Source: Camelus ferus
Taxonomy: Eukaryota
Reading direction: 5' to 3'
Assembly: GCF_009834535.1 (NCBI RefSeq)
Contig: NC_045699.1
Location: 40,486,001-40,550,000 of the forward strand
Length of the DNA: 64,000 nucleotides
Positions 50,613 to 63,320 of this stretch are shown in pieces (the first letter of the stretch is position 1; each line of letters opens with the position of its first letter). The position numbers and the translations under genes were made by a program. The notes under the pieces were generated by a model that saw nothing but the letters and a program-made list of their open reading frames with translations, had not been told where the DNA came from and ran no database searches.

Positions 50613-51206
50613 TGCCATGATGCTCCTGGAGCTTGAAGGGAGAGAGACCGCCTTGAGAGGCCTCCCCAGTTAATGCTGTCAATAGGCTGGGGTGGCACGG
50701 GGCAGCAGGAGCGCCCACTAACACCGGTGTCTCAGCGAACAGACAGGAACATTCTCTTAATTAACGGCACCTAGCTAACAAAAGGTGGAACCATTTAAAG
50801 AAGACTTGACCAACATTTTGCAGATAACAAAAGGGAGACAGACACTGGCTGAAACCTAAAACTATAACCCAGCTTCTCTTATCCCAGCTTCTCGCCTTGA
50901 TGACAGGCACCATCATTAGCAAGGACTGCTCAAGAAACTGGACCAAGACAGACAGTCTTCTGGAAGTCAAGGATGTCTGCAGTCTCTCCTTCTCTGCTCC
51001 GTGTAAGGACTACATTCCATCAACAGGGTAACCTGTACCTTCTGCTCGCAGATGGGTTCAGCCCATGGGGAGCTCTGGCAGGAGGCTGGAAGGAAGAGCA
51101 TTTATTTCCCTGGCTCCTTCCATGCGAGGTTATCTCAGGTTAGAGGTACTTTCAACTGAAGTTCATAGCTCCACTGAAGCTAACAAACTACGTCTCCCTC
51201 ACTCCC

Positions 51207-51710
51207 TGTGGCAGGCAGAATAATGTCCCTCCCACCTGCCAAAGACATCCACGTCCTGTTCCCCAGAAGCTGTGCATATATTGCCTTACACGGCAAAAGG
51301 GAATCGAGGATGCCGATGAAATTAGGGTTGTTAATCACTTGATCTTAAGACAAGGAAATTATCCTTGATTATCCGGGTGGGCCTAGTGTAAACAAAGGAG
51401 TCCTTAATCGTGGAAGAGCGGGGCACAAGAGGTCAGAGGGATGCCATGTGAGAAGGACTTGAACCACTGCTGCTGGCGGTGAAAATGGAGGAAGAGGCCC
51501 CAGGCCAAGGAATGCAGGAGACCCCTGGAAGCTGCGAAGGTGAGAAAACTGATCCTCTCTTAGAGCCTCCAGAAAGGAAAGGAGCCCTGCTGACACCCTG
51601 ATTTTGGCCCATAAAACCCATGTCAGACTTTGGACCTCCAGAAGTCTTGTGTTGTTTAAAGCCACTGACTTTGTGGTAATCTGTTATAGCAGCAATAGGA
51701 AACTAGTACA
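51207..51710 (+). mobile_element. MLT1D-like MaLR solo LTR (504 bp)
   Basis: Starts TGTGGCAGGCAGAATAAT, contains gattatccgggtgggcc, ctagagcctccagaaagga..ctgacaccctgattt, ends gttatagcagcaataggaaactagtaCA. Confidence 0.9.
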
Positions 51711-52469
51711 CACTTTTCAGGTTCTGGTAACTACCCACTCTCCTTTCTGGCCCAGATCCTCACTCTCCTTGGTGGTTTCAATCCACACCCTTGCAGAGAG
51801 CCTGTTTATAAATAAACCACACTCTACCCATTTTGGTCTGCACTTGTTGGGACCCAGGGTAACATACTCCCATCTTACCATTTGGCTTTTTTCCCATTAA
51901 AAGAAAATTAATCCTTTTTCACTCTAAACTCCAAATAGAGCCAAATTTATTAAAACCAGGACTCTTCTACATTTGTCAGTAATCTATTAATTTATCTCTT
52001 TAAACAAACAGCTCTCTTTGCTATTCCATGTTTCCTTCCCTACCTGAAAGGCCACGAGGCCAACCACCAGGTCAAAAGTCAGTATCAAGTCAGATCAGAA
52101 TGATGACACCTGGCATGAACTTTCTCAGAATGTCATTTCAAGAAGCTGCATGTAATTTAAAATATTATGAGAATAAAAGGGTCCGTCTCTTCTTCTTACC
52201 TATGAAGTTTTGTGAAATTACTGAATTTATGGAGTACTCTTTGCTTCATATAATCCAGTCTGGAACTTCAGGAACTTTCTGGCTATATTATGTGTCAGCC
52301 TTGGTTCGAAAAATGTTATTTCAGGATAACCCAATCAGACACTGTAAATACCAAGGAGCAAAGTCCTCAGAGCCGTACGTGTGACAATCAGCATTAGCAA
52401 GCATGTAAACATTTAACTGTTGGGGAGAGGTGGCTGAGTGGGCAGTGGGCAGTGACAAGCACTGTCATG

Positions 52470-52850
52470 GGAACATGGCCTGACCACAGGCACCCAGATT
52501 TCTACACCCAGCTCTGCCAGTCATGGGCTCTGTGCCCTTTGGCAAGTCAGTTTTTTCTCTGGCTCTCAGCTTTTCCACATTCATTGTAAGAAAGGAAATT
52601 AGATCACCTTTATAACCATTCCAGCTCTCATGTGCTATATGAGTCTAGGAGATACTGAGTCGGAAAGTGCTACAAAATGCTAATAAAGAGCTGGGTAAGA
52701 TCACAGTCAGCCTCGGCGCTGCCCACTTACTCACTGATGCGTTCAGCGGGCAGCGACGGTAACGCTGTGCCAGGTGCTATTTCAGGTCCTGAGAATAAAA
52801 GGACCAACATCCCTATTCCCAGCCTTGAAGAATTTCTTGTTTTGAAGACG
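52470..52850. mobile_element. MIR (52470-52640 plus) and L2 tail (52715-52850 minus)
   Basis: cccagctctgcc..ctttggcaagtcagttttttctct..attagatcacc; ctgtgccaggtgctatttcaggtcctgagaataaaag. Confidence 0.6.
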
Positions 52851-53569
52851 AATATGTATTAAATTGTTAACATTGCTATATTAGAAGTTTATATGTGGTT
52901 CAAAGGGGACACTGGCAGTGGTGTTTGATTCTCATATTCCTGGAAAGGGAAGGAGCAACCATGCTTGACAAATTCTACTTTCTAATAACTGTTTACCACT
53001 AGCTGGTACAACAAAGGGGGGCGGTGATTAAAAATAACAAGGTAAAACCAGACCATCACAGCCAAAATCGTTAGTTGTGTCATCTTGTCAGTCTTTACTG
53101 CCTGCTATGGCTGAGCAAATCGATCAGTTGTATATACTAACCATATCGATGGACAAAATAACCCAATCAGGAGTACTTCTCTAGAAATGTCACACAGTAA
53201 CTTCATAGTTGCATACAACAATGAGTTAGCAAAGGAATATAAAAATAAGAACTGAATAGTTCTTAAAATGTAAATTAAGCATCACTTCCTTGAGTTAAAA
53301 ATGCGTATTAGAAGTTGGCTGATACAAAATTTAGTCAAATATTTTGTCTAAATTAAAGCAAAACTTTTAAAATGGAGGCATATAAAAGCTGTCTTTTTTT
53401 TGAAAGATAATAGTAGCCTAGAATATATTATTAACACATTGTCTTAAAATAAACATATTCAGTGCTCTGCATCTTAGACTGAGGATTAGATTGTGTCCTC
53501 CGTATTAGATTTTAAAACAAGTAGTTACTGAGCTTGAAGAATGCACCAGTTGAAATGAGGACTCAGTTA

Positions 53570-53985
53570 GTAAGACAGAGTACATTCTGAACATCCTTTC
53601 TGTATCTCTCACCTGTGCAGACATCAACCTTTATCAATCCCTCCTGCTCCATTTCAAGACCCAGCTCAAATCCCACCTTTTTGCCTGAGCATCCAATCTC
53701 CCTAGGAACTCTCAGATTGCACTGACTGTCTGGGCCCCTCAACATGTCAGGACTTTTTTTGTTGTTGTTTTAACTATTAGTATGTATTCCCTCAACTAAT
53801 CTGAAATTTCCACAGAGGCCAGCACCAGGTTCCAAAATTTCTTGAATCACAAATACCGTGTAAACTACTTCCAACTTATTGCTCCTTGTATACCATTTAA
53901 AATCTTCTTTGAGTCTAAGGACCATGACTGTGTCCTGGATGTGGCAGGGTCTTAGCAAAACATTATTAATTGAATGACTGGTTTA
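53570..53985 (+). mobile_element. L2 3' region
   Basis: atttcaagacccagctcaaatcccacc; ctttgagtctaaggaccatgactgtgtcc..attattaattgaatgact. Confidence 0.65.
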
Positions 53986-54631
53986 AAGTGTTGCAGTCAA
54001 ATCATATATTAAGATTAGATGCTCATATGAAACAAATCCCTAAGTGTGTGAGTGGAGAAAAGTCAAGCAGGAGGAGAGCACCCTGGGCTCAAACCCCCAC
54101 CGTGCAAATCCATCCCCAGGTGGTCCTCAAGAGGACAAAGGCAGTCTTCTTTTGTGAATGGGAGAAGAGTGACAGTCACTGGGAGCAAAAGCATCACATG
54201 CAAGAGCACACGTTCAGGAAAAGAATCCTGATTCTAAAGCACAGTCCTCTCTATGAATTAAAGTTGAATGCTATTGAGAACTGTCCCATCCAATCTGGAT
54301 TATCCCTAAACACGGTATTATGGAAAAGGACTGGAGATAAGTCTAAAAGACACACAGGAATAAATAAAGCCTTTCAAACATCTCATGATCATTAAACCCC
54401 TTTAAAAGGACCCAAGTAGGCTATGGGCACAAAACACTTATCAACCTGGATGAAAAATATACCTTTGCAATATAAACCTATTTAAAAACTGTCAGCCCCC
54501 AAGCATAAATATCAGATTTCTACGCAGCCAATTTTGCTTAAGGGTAGTCAACAGATAATGAGTTACCAATACCCTGACCTTTTCTCTTGTCACAGATGCA
54601 ATAAGGAGAAGAATCAGCATATATTATGGCA

Positions 54632-54941
54632 CAGAGTCCTCCTTTAGATTGGTTCCAGGACCCCCCCTCAGATACCAAAATCCGAGGATGCTCAAGCCCC
54701 TATGTAAAACGGTGCAGTATTTGCATGTAACCTACACGCTTCCTCCCCTACACTTTAAATCATCTCTAGATTACTTACAATACGAATACAATGTAAATAC
54801 TATGTAAATAGTTGCCGGTGTGGGGCAAATTCAAGTTTTTCTTTTTGAGACTTTCTGGGATTATTTTTTTCTCCAAATATTTTTGATCTGTAGTTGGTTG
54901 AATCCATAGATGCAGAACCTACAGCTACAGAGGGTCAACTG
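54632..54941 (+). mobile_element. MER2/Tigger-family MITE, near full length
   Basis: gattggttccaggaccccctcagataccaaaatccgaggatgctcaagcc..ttaaatcatctctagattactta..gttggttgaatccatagatgcagaacc..gagggtcaactg. Confidence 0.9.
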
Positions 54942-55924
54942 CACTTTGTAAGTATATATCACAGAATATAGTATGTTAATATACAGTATCTAGGTATGTT
55001 ACTTAGAAATAGGAGCAAGTAACAGTGCTAAACTAATTTAATCTAAGGACAGTTCTATGGTTATACTTTTTAAAATAACACATTCTATCCATTTTTGGTG
55101 TTCAATGCTGATGATCACCTACTTTTTCCAACTGCAATAACACTTGTCAAACAAAAAGTCAACCTCCATTGAAACAGACCAAACTTTATGAATCAGAGCT
55201 CATAGCACAGTTTGCTTAATACACTTATTTTTTTTAAAATAAGGAAACAGTTTATTAAGTTTCTTCTTAAATGATGACATCTCCCCAAATTAGCTTTAAA
55301 TATACAATTGAATTCTTTGAGAAAAATGAACGCTAAATACCAGGAGACAAGCTGCCCACATATTTTATATTATCAACAATATTACTGTCAGCTGTCTCCC
55401 ACTGACTGCCTTTGTCAATATTTATTGACATAAAACTTTAATTTCTAAATAAACTAATCATGTGAGTTTTCATTCTGTTATTATTTTGATTGAAAAAGAA
55501 CAGAAAAGAATTGACATTGGAAAGAGGAAATTTAGTTGCATAATTTGTAGGACAAGCCTGATTAAATGAAGTCAGAAAATTATATTTTCTACTCTTAAAC
55601 ATTAAGTCATTTTCTTTTACAGTGGGAATAATAAGCCCCAACCAAAAGTGCTTCAGGAGAAAACACTGGAGGAAGAATGATAAAATTAACAGGTCACAGC
55701 TGTCTGTGTTTATCACAGCATTGCAGGGACATATATAGTATTTATAAAAGACTGGTTGTATGGGAACATAATCATCTGGGTCGAGAAGGGGAAATAAGTG
55801 TAATCAGGTTATGGAGAATTTTGAATTATTCCCTCTTGGGATAATTTAGTTACCTAAATTGGTAAACAACCATATTTGCTACATATAAATGTAAGAGAAT
55901 AGGACAGGAATTAAATATTCTTAA

Positions 55925-56285
55925 ATACTGCAATGACATCACTGCCTTGCTGAAAAATTCATAACTGCTCTCATATGCTTCTAGGATAAAACCCAAACTT
56001 CCCTATGTGGCCTATAAAATGCTCCTTAATTTGGTCACTTCCTACCTATACAATTTTATGAACCACTACCCCGCAACAGGGCCAATGAGTCACTCTCCCA
56101 TGAACGGACTTTACCACCCATCTGCTTCCTGGAGTGCCCTCCCCACTCCCCATCACTCAAGGCCTGACACAAGATCTCCCTGCTTTGCCACTGGGCTCTT
56201 CTGATCATTCAAGCTTTAGAGAATGCTGAAAATATTTAGAATTTCTAATTGGATGGATGGATGAACTGATGGACAGACAGAAAAA
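55925..56285 (+). mobile_element. L2 3' region
   Basis: catcactgccttgctgaaaa..ctaggataaaacccaaacttccct..tggcctataaaatgctcc; tail ttggatggatggatgaa. Confidence 0.75.
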
Positions 56286-56749
56286 AAACTGAAGTATGGA
56301 CATACAGGTACAGAGAGAGAGATTCTCTTCTAAGTAGTGAGTGTTACGACAGTGGGGGCTTTGTCTTTGAGATCTTTGAGTCACCTGCAATCAGAAACAC
56401 TGCTAGAACAGGATACATAACTGCTTGCCACCATCATCTGGTTCTCTGCAGTAACTCTGGAAGGTAATATGCTGCTATGACAGCTTTTAAGACTAGGATA
56501 AAAAACAATCTTCTGGGTCAAGAAGGCTATGAGCTTAATCAGCTAATGGAGAATTTATAAGTAGTTTCCTTTGGGGATGGTTTAGTTATGTGATACTGAC
56601 ATTTATATGTAACACATTTGTTACATTTACATGAGGATGGAGGAAGCACTTAGCGATGTATGTTTGAAACGTCAGATAGTTTGCTGCCACTTTTAGGTGC
56701 TGCTAGCCTTTTACCCACCAACAGCACAGGCTTCACCCCCAGTTGTCAC

Positions 56750-56830
56750 ACCTCAAGCTGTACACCTGAAATGGGTACATTTTATTGAATGTAAAGTATT
56801 ACTGAATGTAAAGTATATCTCAAAGTGAAA
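56750..56830 (+). mobile_element. L1M 3' tail with internal 17-bp duplication
   Basis: tcaagctgtacacctgaaatgggtacattttattgaatgtaaagtat-tac-tgaatgtaaagtatatctcaa. Confidence 0.65.
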
Positions 56831-57641
56831 TAAGAGATTTTCAATTCCTGGTTATGACTCTCTGCCTGCGACATATACCATATCATAGGCTACACATGGT
56901 ACCCAAAGAACTAAAAATTAGTTGACAAAAACAGTTGTTTCTTTTGTCTTGTAATTCCCTTTTCTTAAGACACACCCTCTAGGCTCCCCAGAAGAGACTT
57001 AGAGCCTTTCACCCAGCACCGTACTCGCCCCAAATCACAACCACTACTCACTCCCAGTATTACACTTGGAAACAGGGAAAAGACCAGCCAGCCCACTGGT
57101 CTGCTCAGACGAGATGGGTTAAATGTAGAGCTCAGAAAAAGTTATTTTTAAAACACCCAGAATGGCTTAAACTTTTCCTTGCCTCTCCAAAGCACAGAGT
57201 TTTTGTTTTTATTTATTTTGGGGGGCATTTGGAGGGGTCGGGGGAGATCTGTTATGAAATCTCAGAGGGGTCCTCTGAAAGCCGTGGGCTTTGCTGGTCT
57301 CTTACAAAGTCTTCTTCTTCGAAGGCAAGGTATTCAAATGGGGCTTTTTGGTGGCTTCCTCGCTCCGCACTCTCACCTTGCTTTGCTCCCACGGTTTGAC
57401 TCCATGGCAAGCTCCCAGATGGAGTGATAAAGATGTGTCAGTTATCCAGAGTGTGCTAGAAAAATATCACTCTTTTCTGATCAACAACAGAACCACAAGA
57501 TTTCACTACCTGAGTGGACAAGTATGAAATCTATGATTCTTTAACATCAGAGCCCAGTTGCCATAAGGGAAAAAGTACTCCTGTAGGACAACTTGAGATT
57601 CTCTGATTATCAGTACAATACTGGACTTTCCCCAAGTTGCA

Positions 57642-57661
57642 GTGTGTGTGTGTGTGTGTGT
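57642..57661. repeat. (GT)10 microsatellite
   Basis: Direct reading. Confidence 0.95.
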
Positions 57662-58329
57662 TCACATAAGTGGCTGCAGGCAAGGGGCAAGAGTGGAGAC
57701 AAAGTTTGGACAGAACACTGCTATGCCCTAAATTATTATCTCATGTATTCTGAATCTAAACTTTTCCTCTATTCCAGGTCTAATACAGAACAAGTTTTAA
57801 TAGTTCCTCCAAATGAAATACTAGGAAGTGTGAGTGTCCAAAATTTTCTGAAGGACACATGCTATTACTTGTTTGTTAAAAGTCTTATAACTTCCTGCTA
57901 TATTATATATTACATATTATTCAGTATTTCTTGAGCAGCCACTCGGCACTGAACTAAATAACGGGAACTACGTGAAATACAATGCAAACACTCGATGGTT
58001 TGTTTGGAAAAGTCTGCACTTAAAGTAAAAATTACATATGGTCAAAATTACCTGTGAAAATTCCTAAAATCACTGTCAAATTACCCTTAAACTACTACGC
58101 TCTGAATTCTTCAAAGCTTAAAAGCCAAAAAATAATTTCTTTTGTTTCTGTTAGCATTTCAGCTGTGGCTTTCCAGTCCCTGAGGCAATGGAAGCCAAGG
58201 TTTAGCTTCCGAGGGGGCACTGTGTGTAAGTCGAATTCACCATCTGCTAAATGTGCATATGAAACAGCTCTACTGTTTAAGAAACTGTTTCTGACTTTGG
58301 TAAACTGGCACTGCATACGCATATTTCAC

Positions 58330-58550
58330 AGGAGGTACAGATTACAAAGCACATTTTAACCCACTTTAGCAAACTGAGTTCTTGGCCACAAACTGGTGTG
58401 ACTGGTATGGAAGAAACGGTCCTCCACTTCCCAGAGGGGGACACCGAAGCCCCGTGAAGTGGAAACATATCCAAGGTCGCACACAAACACCCTTGAGGTT
58501 GTGACTCGTGGCCCCGCGCTTTTACAGCGTACTAGCCTCTGTACCCGCAC
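58330..58550 (-). mobile_element. MIR SINE (decayed)
   Basis: tacaaagcacatttt..ccacttcccagagggggacaccgaagccccgtgaagtggaaacatatccaaggtcgcaca. Confidence 0.6.
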
Positions 58551-60859
58551 CAAGCACGGACACGTGAAAGGGGCTTGTGGATTCAGAGAAAGCAACACAA
58601 TACGCCTGGAGGTTGTGCAGGCTGACAGCGCACTCTCCCAGGGGTAAGGGCTAAAGCAAAAGAAGAACAGAAAATATCCAAGGTGGAATCTGGCAGAAGG
58701 AAGAGCTGGCTTAGAGGAGAGCGAGAGGATATTCCAGGTCATGAGAATGTCCCCACAAAGGCACTGGATGAAGGGAACAGCAAGCAGATTGGCCTCGCTG
58801 GAAGGAAGAATGTACTGGAAAGTACAATAGAATGAGGTTTTGTGTTCCTCCCTTGGGGGTCTACGCCTGAGTACATGACAACACTCAAACACCCCAGAAA
58901 CGGAATGGCAGGAATGGCGGGGAGCAGACGTTTGCCTGCACAATGAAATCCCTTTATCTGTTTTCACATGCAAAGTGTAACAGCTGATTCCTACTCGGGT
59001 TGGGTACAAATAGGAAATGAACCTTATTATATCTGTTATCCTTTTTGAGGCTTGACTTGACCCCCAGGGAAGTAAATCCTTCTGTATTCTCCAGCAGAGC
59101 TAACGGCAGCGATGCCTGTTCATTTTACATTTATTTGGAGTGCTCCCAGGAGTTGAAATTCCTCCCCCTCCCCCTACCAATGACAGCATATGTAGGAATC
59201 AAATCATTAAGCTGCTCTTCTTGTGCTACAAAGAACGCATTTAGGAGTTTGCTGGCAGGTGTTTTTGTTTCCTGAGACAGGAGAATAAGGAAGGGGTGGG
59301 AAGGGCCAGGAGGAGGGAGATGAGGAAGAAGTGATGCCTGGAGGAAGACAATGAAAGGCAGCCACAAACACTGCTTCTGGGCCCAGAGGAGCAAGAGGAT
59401 GCAAAACAACCAAAAGCAGCTGTGTGGCTGGGCAGTAAGCGAATTAAGGACAAAACAAAACAGTTCTTGTATTTGTGCTCAGATTTCATGACCATGGGTG
59501 GTTCACATCGAAGCCATCTAAAGCCTTCCTTCCGTCATTTCTTCTTCTTAAGTAGAGACAAGACCAGGCACTTCACATAGGACATTAGGCTCAGAAGTGC
59601 CTTAGGTAAATTCATAAAGAGGGTAAAATGAGTCTGTCTTCAGGGTCTTACCTTCTCTGGAACTTTCTACCTATTTCTGGCCTATGTGTGACCTGGGGCA
59701 GTGACCTGGGTTCCAATGTGCTCTTCCTTCGACCCCCTACTGCCCTCCTGATCCCAATGTATTCCATCTTAACCCACTAGCCCAGGGATCTGCAGATAAA
59801 ACTAGTTACCAGGAGCCTCAAAAGAAAGGAACTGGTCATTTCAAGGCTGGAGGCTTTCCCCACGGCCCTCAGAGCCCCCTCAACTTTGGTAACTACCATT
59901 TCTACTTACGTTCAGTGTGGCTGACGGAAGCAATCTATCGAAAGTTTAAAGTTCAGTGTGATTTATTTGACCCATTGAGATTACTGAAAACCAAATTCTC
60001 CGGTTAGGCTTGAGTAAATAGCAAAGGAAAGAATTAGAGACGACTTCGTCCTTTCTTCCGGGAACTAACCCCCCTCAAATTTAAAAAAGGTCAGCCGGTG
60101 ACCCTACATCCTAGAACTACTTCCACTGGTGTCAGAAATTAAATCCTCTACAGAGCCTGTGTGAATCTCTTCAGTCAAAGGGCAAAGGGTTACATTAGCC
60201 CACGTCTTCGCATTAGAAGAATAAGCACAAATAATACAACTTAGCGCTTTACCAGGCTCAACAACAACCAGCTGTGCTAAGCACCCCCTCCGAAGTACGC
60301 AGGAGCCACCGCTCGGGCTGCCAAGCCATTAGGCCGAGAGCCTGTGTGTTCACCACAGGAAGGCCCTTCTGCTCATCTGCTGATTACTTTATGGATTTGC
60401 TTCCCACAAATATATCTCCATGGAGCTCTGGGGAACGGGGAAACGCCTTGAAAAATGTCCACTTTCATAGATCAGAGCCAATCTTAATGCCAGTAAAGAG
60501 CCTCAGAAGCTGAGCTCATAAACTGGTCGCCCTTTCCCTCGGTAATTAGAAGGAGACTCACAGAAGCCACAATGCTGAAGGCATCACTTTACGGTTCAAT
60601 CGTGCAGGCGACACACACCTGTCAAAGTGAGTGATGTAACACGAAGGCCATGCTCAATGGCAGAACTCATGGAGGCCAAAAAAACTAAGAACCTTAACCC
60701 CAATCTACCCACCCTGTGTCTACACCACAATCAGACTGACTTAACTCACCATTCTTAACACACCGTTCAGGAGTGGGAGGGAGGAGAGTTTGGCTGTAAA
60801 GGGGGAGAAAATGAAGAAAGAGACGTACATATAGTGATACGTAGCAGAGTTTCCCCAAA

Positions 60860-60893
60860 CCCAGCCACCCACATTCCACCCATACAATTCTCT
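60860..60893 (+). repeat. 34-bp dispersed direct repeat, copy 1
   Basis: cccagccacccacattccacccatacaattctct; 32/34 identical to 62640-62673. Confidence 0.9.
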
Positions 60894-61169
60894 GCTATGT
60901 CTGCACACTACCAGGATTATTTAATCATACTTTTAAAAGACACCTTATATCATAGCTAAAATTGAAAAACAAATGATCATGTTCTATGTACTCCTTCTAA
61001 TAAACACAAGGTATAATTACTGCCTTTTTAAAAACTAGTCAAAGAGAATGGGCTGGGGACCCAGGAGAGCAGGGTCCCGTGAGCTCGGGCTCAGATGGCA
61101 GAGCCCGGTCTCCTCGCCAGTGAATCCCAGGACAGGGTGCAGAGCCCACGCCCAAACGGGCAGGGGTCT

Positions 61170-61680
61170 GACCTCCTCGTTCAGGAAGAGGGCTCTTCAG
61201 ACAGGCCTGGGTTATAGTCTAAGCACCAAACACAGGACTATCTGGGCGAGTTTAGGCAAGTTAATCACCCTATCCCACAGAATGGCCACAAACCTCCTTT
61301 TCACAGTGCTTGTAGAGAGCAAATAAAATAAGCTACTAGCATGATAGCACTTCTGCTCAATACAAGGTATCCATTAGAGCTGCTGCTGCTGCTGTTTTAA
61401 CTCTAAAATGAGATAAGCAAACACAGCTCCTGGACAGGGCGGCCCTAACCCCATTGTTTTCAGCTAATGTTTATTAAGGGATTTGCTTACTACGTGCCAG
61501 GCAGTACGCTAAGTGCTGGACGTTAATGCTCATTTGATCCTTATTTCTCCAGAGCCTCCCAATAACCCTATAAGGTAAGTATTATTCGAAACCCTATTTT
61601 ATATACGAAAAAAGTGGGACTTGCCCCAGCTCACTTGGTGATAAATCAGTGAGCTGGCTTCTACTCCAGTCTCTGCGAAA
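61170..61680. mobile_element. Tail-to-tail MIR pair (61170-61385 plus; 61460-61680 minus)
   Basis: cagacaggcctgggtt..gtttaggcaagttaatc and atgtttattaag..ttactacgtgccaggcagtacgctaagtgct..ccaataaccctataaggtaagtattatt. Confidence 0.75.
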
Positions 61681-62639
61681 GCAATTAAAGCCGTGGCGAG
61701 CGTGAGCCCCACAACTGCAGTGCCCTCCCCTGGACTTTCACTGCCTCTTAACCACACAGTCCAGCCTTAGAAGGCCAAAACTCTCCACACACAGTCACTG
61801 AGGAAAAATCAATGAAAATAGATGCTCATATATATATTCTATTGTAAATTAAAAGTAATAAATGCTTTCAACTAAATTTATTTTCGATATACTAGCCCAA
61901 AATCCCAAACTTGGAAGCACTTGCAATTAGCCGTTTTCAGTACTGACCCTCCCAAGCACCATGAGAAAGTCCTGCAAATGGACGGGTAGTTGTAGTTACC
62001 CTGCAACATTTTTTGCTATCTAATTACACTTCTAATATTAGCTTGTCTTGCAGACCAACTCTCGCCCAAGACTACTGTGGTAGCTATTTAAGAATCCTTT
62101 GCACTATCGTATACTTTGTTTACATCCCCCGCTCCATTTCACAGAGACTGTCATTATGAAGGTTATTACTGTTATAGATTTTTCATGAGATTTCTTTTAG
62201 CATGATGAATACCGGCTACAGGGCCCTCAGTAGCGGCGCATGTGACCAAGAGAGCGGGTAAAAACCCGTCAGTTCTTTTCAAGGGACACTTGAAATCAGT
62301 TCAAATTCGAGAAAAGCCAAACTGACAGTTAATACATTTTCAAGCACGGATTCTGTTCATTTACTGAGAGACTGCTATATTATTTGTCAAATTAGGTGAC
62401 CCTGCCAAGTGGGAAGAAACATAGGTGGGCAATAAGTGTTTATCCCAAATGAAGCTTGTTACTTGAGGAGAGGTGTGATACAATTAAAGTATCCTGTTTT
62501 AATTAAAAATTTTCACATGAAACTATTATGATCCCATTTCCACTTAAACAATCCAAAAGGCATAACACATTTTCATGGAGGTGAAGGCAGAAGAAAACAG
62601 GCTTAAACTGCCCTGCAAATGACAGCCCCCTCTGTAATG

Positions 62640-62673
62640 CCCAGTCACCCACATTCCACCCATACACTTCTCT
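62640..62673 (+). repeat. 34-bp dispersed direct repeat, copy 2
   Basis: cccagtcacccacattccacccatacacttctct. Confidence 0.9.
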
Positions 62674-62879
62674 TTGGCATCGTAATTTCTTATTTACTGC
62701 CCTGCTGGTTCAAGTTTTACTAGCTGCAGTGTGTGTGTCCTACCCACCCCACTTCTTGATGTCCGATGCATTTTCAGTCCATCCACTAATCAAGCTTACT
62801 TTTTAATTCTCTCCCACACACCACTTGCTTCTCCATTTGACCTGGTCACCATACTTTGAATGACCACGTCCCTCTTTCC

Positions 62880-63320
62880 CATGAGCCCCAATGCTCCATG
62901 AGGACAGAAGCAGCGAGTCTCATTCTCCCCTGGAGCCCCAAGTCCTAGCTTTCTGGTAGAAATTATGCAAAGCAGTGAAGGAAAAAAAAATTTTTTTTAA
63001 AGTAACCCTTCCAAGCACAAAAATACAACAATCCAACTCAAAATTTTTTTAATTCAATCTGGGAAAAAAAGGCCCAGGATAATGGCAGAAAGGAGGAGAA
63101 AGAGAAGATGGGAGAACTATGTGCTTCAGATGCAGGACGGCTGAGGTCTAGATGCCAGCTTTGTGCCTTGCAGGCTGTGTGACTCGGGCAATGTAACCTT
63201 CACGGGCTGGGTCCTTCATCTCTAAAATGGAAACCATAACATCTACCACATATGTCTTGGGGATTTAAAGGCACCAGCACACTTCCTGGCCAAAAAAAAT
63301 GCATCAAATGTTTGGCTTCC
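62880..63320 (+). mobile_element. L2 3' tail (62880-62950) and MIR (63135-63320)
   Basis: gctccatgaggacagaagc; gctgtgtgactcgggcaatgtaacc..cttcatctctaaaatggaaaccataacatctacc. Confidence 0.65.

Noticed and set aside
14391-56385. About a dozen scattered AP-1 heptamers
   Set aside because: Close to the number expected by chance for a 7-mer in 64 kb.
58356-59009. Longest ORF in the track (217 aa, minus)
   Set aside because: TTG start, runs through a decayed MIR, no recognisable domain or codon bias.
61170-61680. Inverted MIR pair as dsRNA source (also 42838-43395)
   Set aside because: MIR copies are too diverged to form long stable duplexes.
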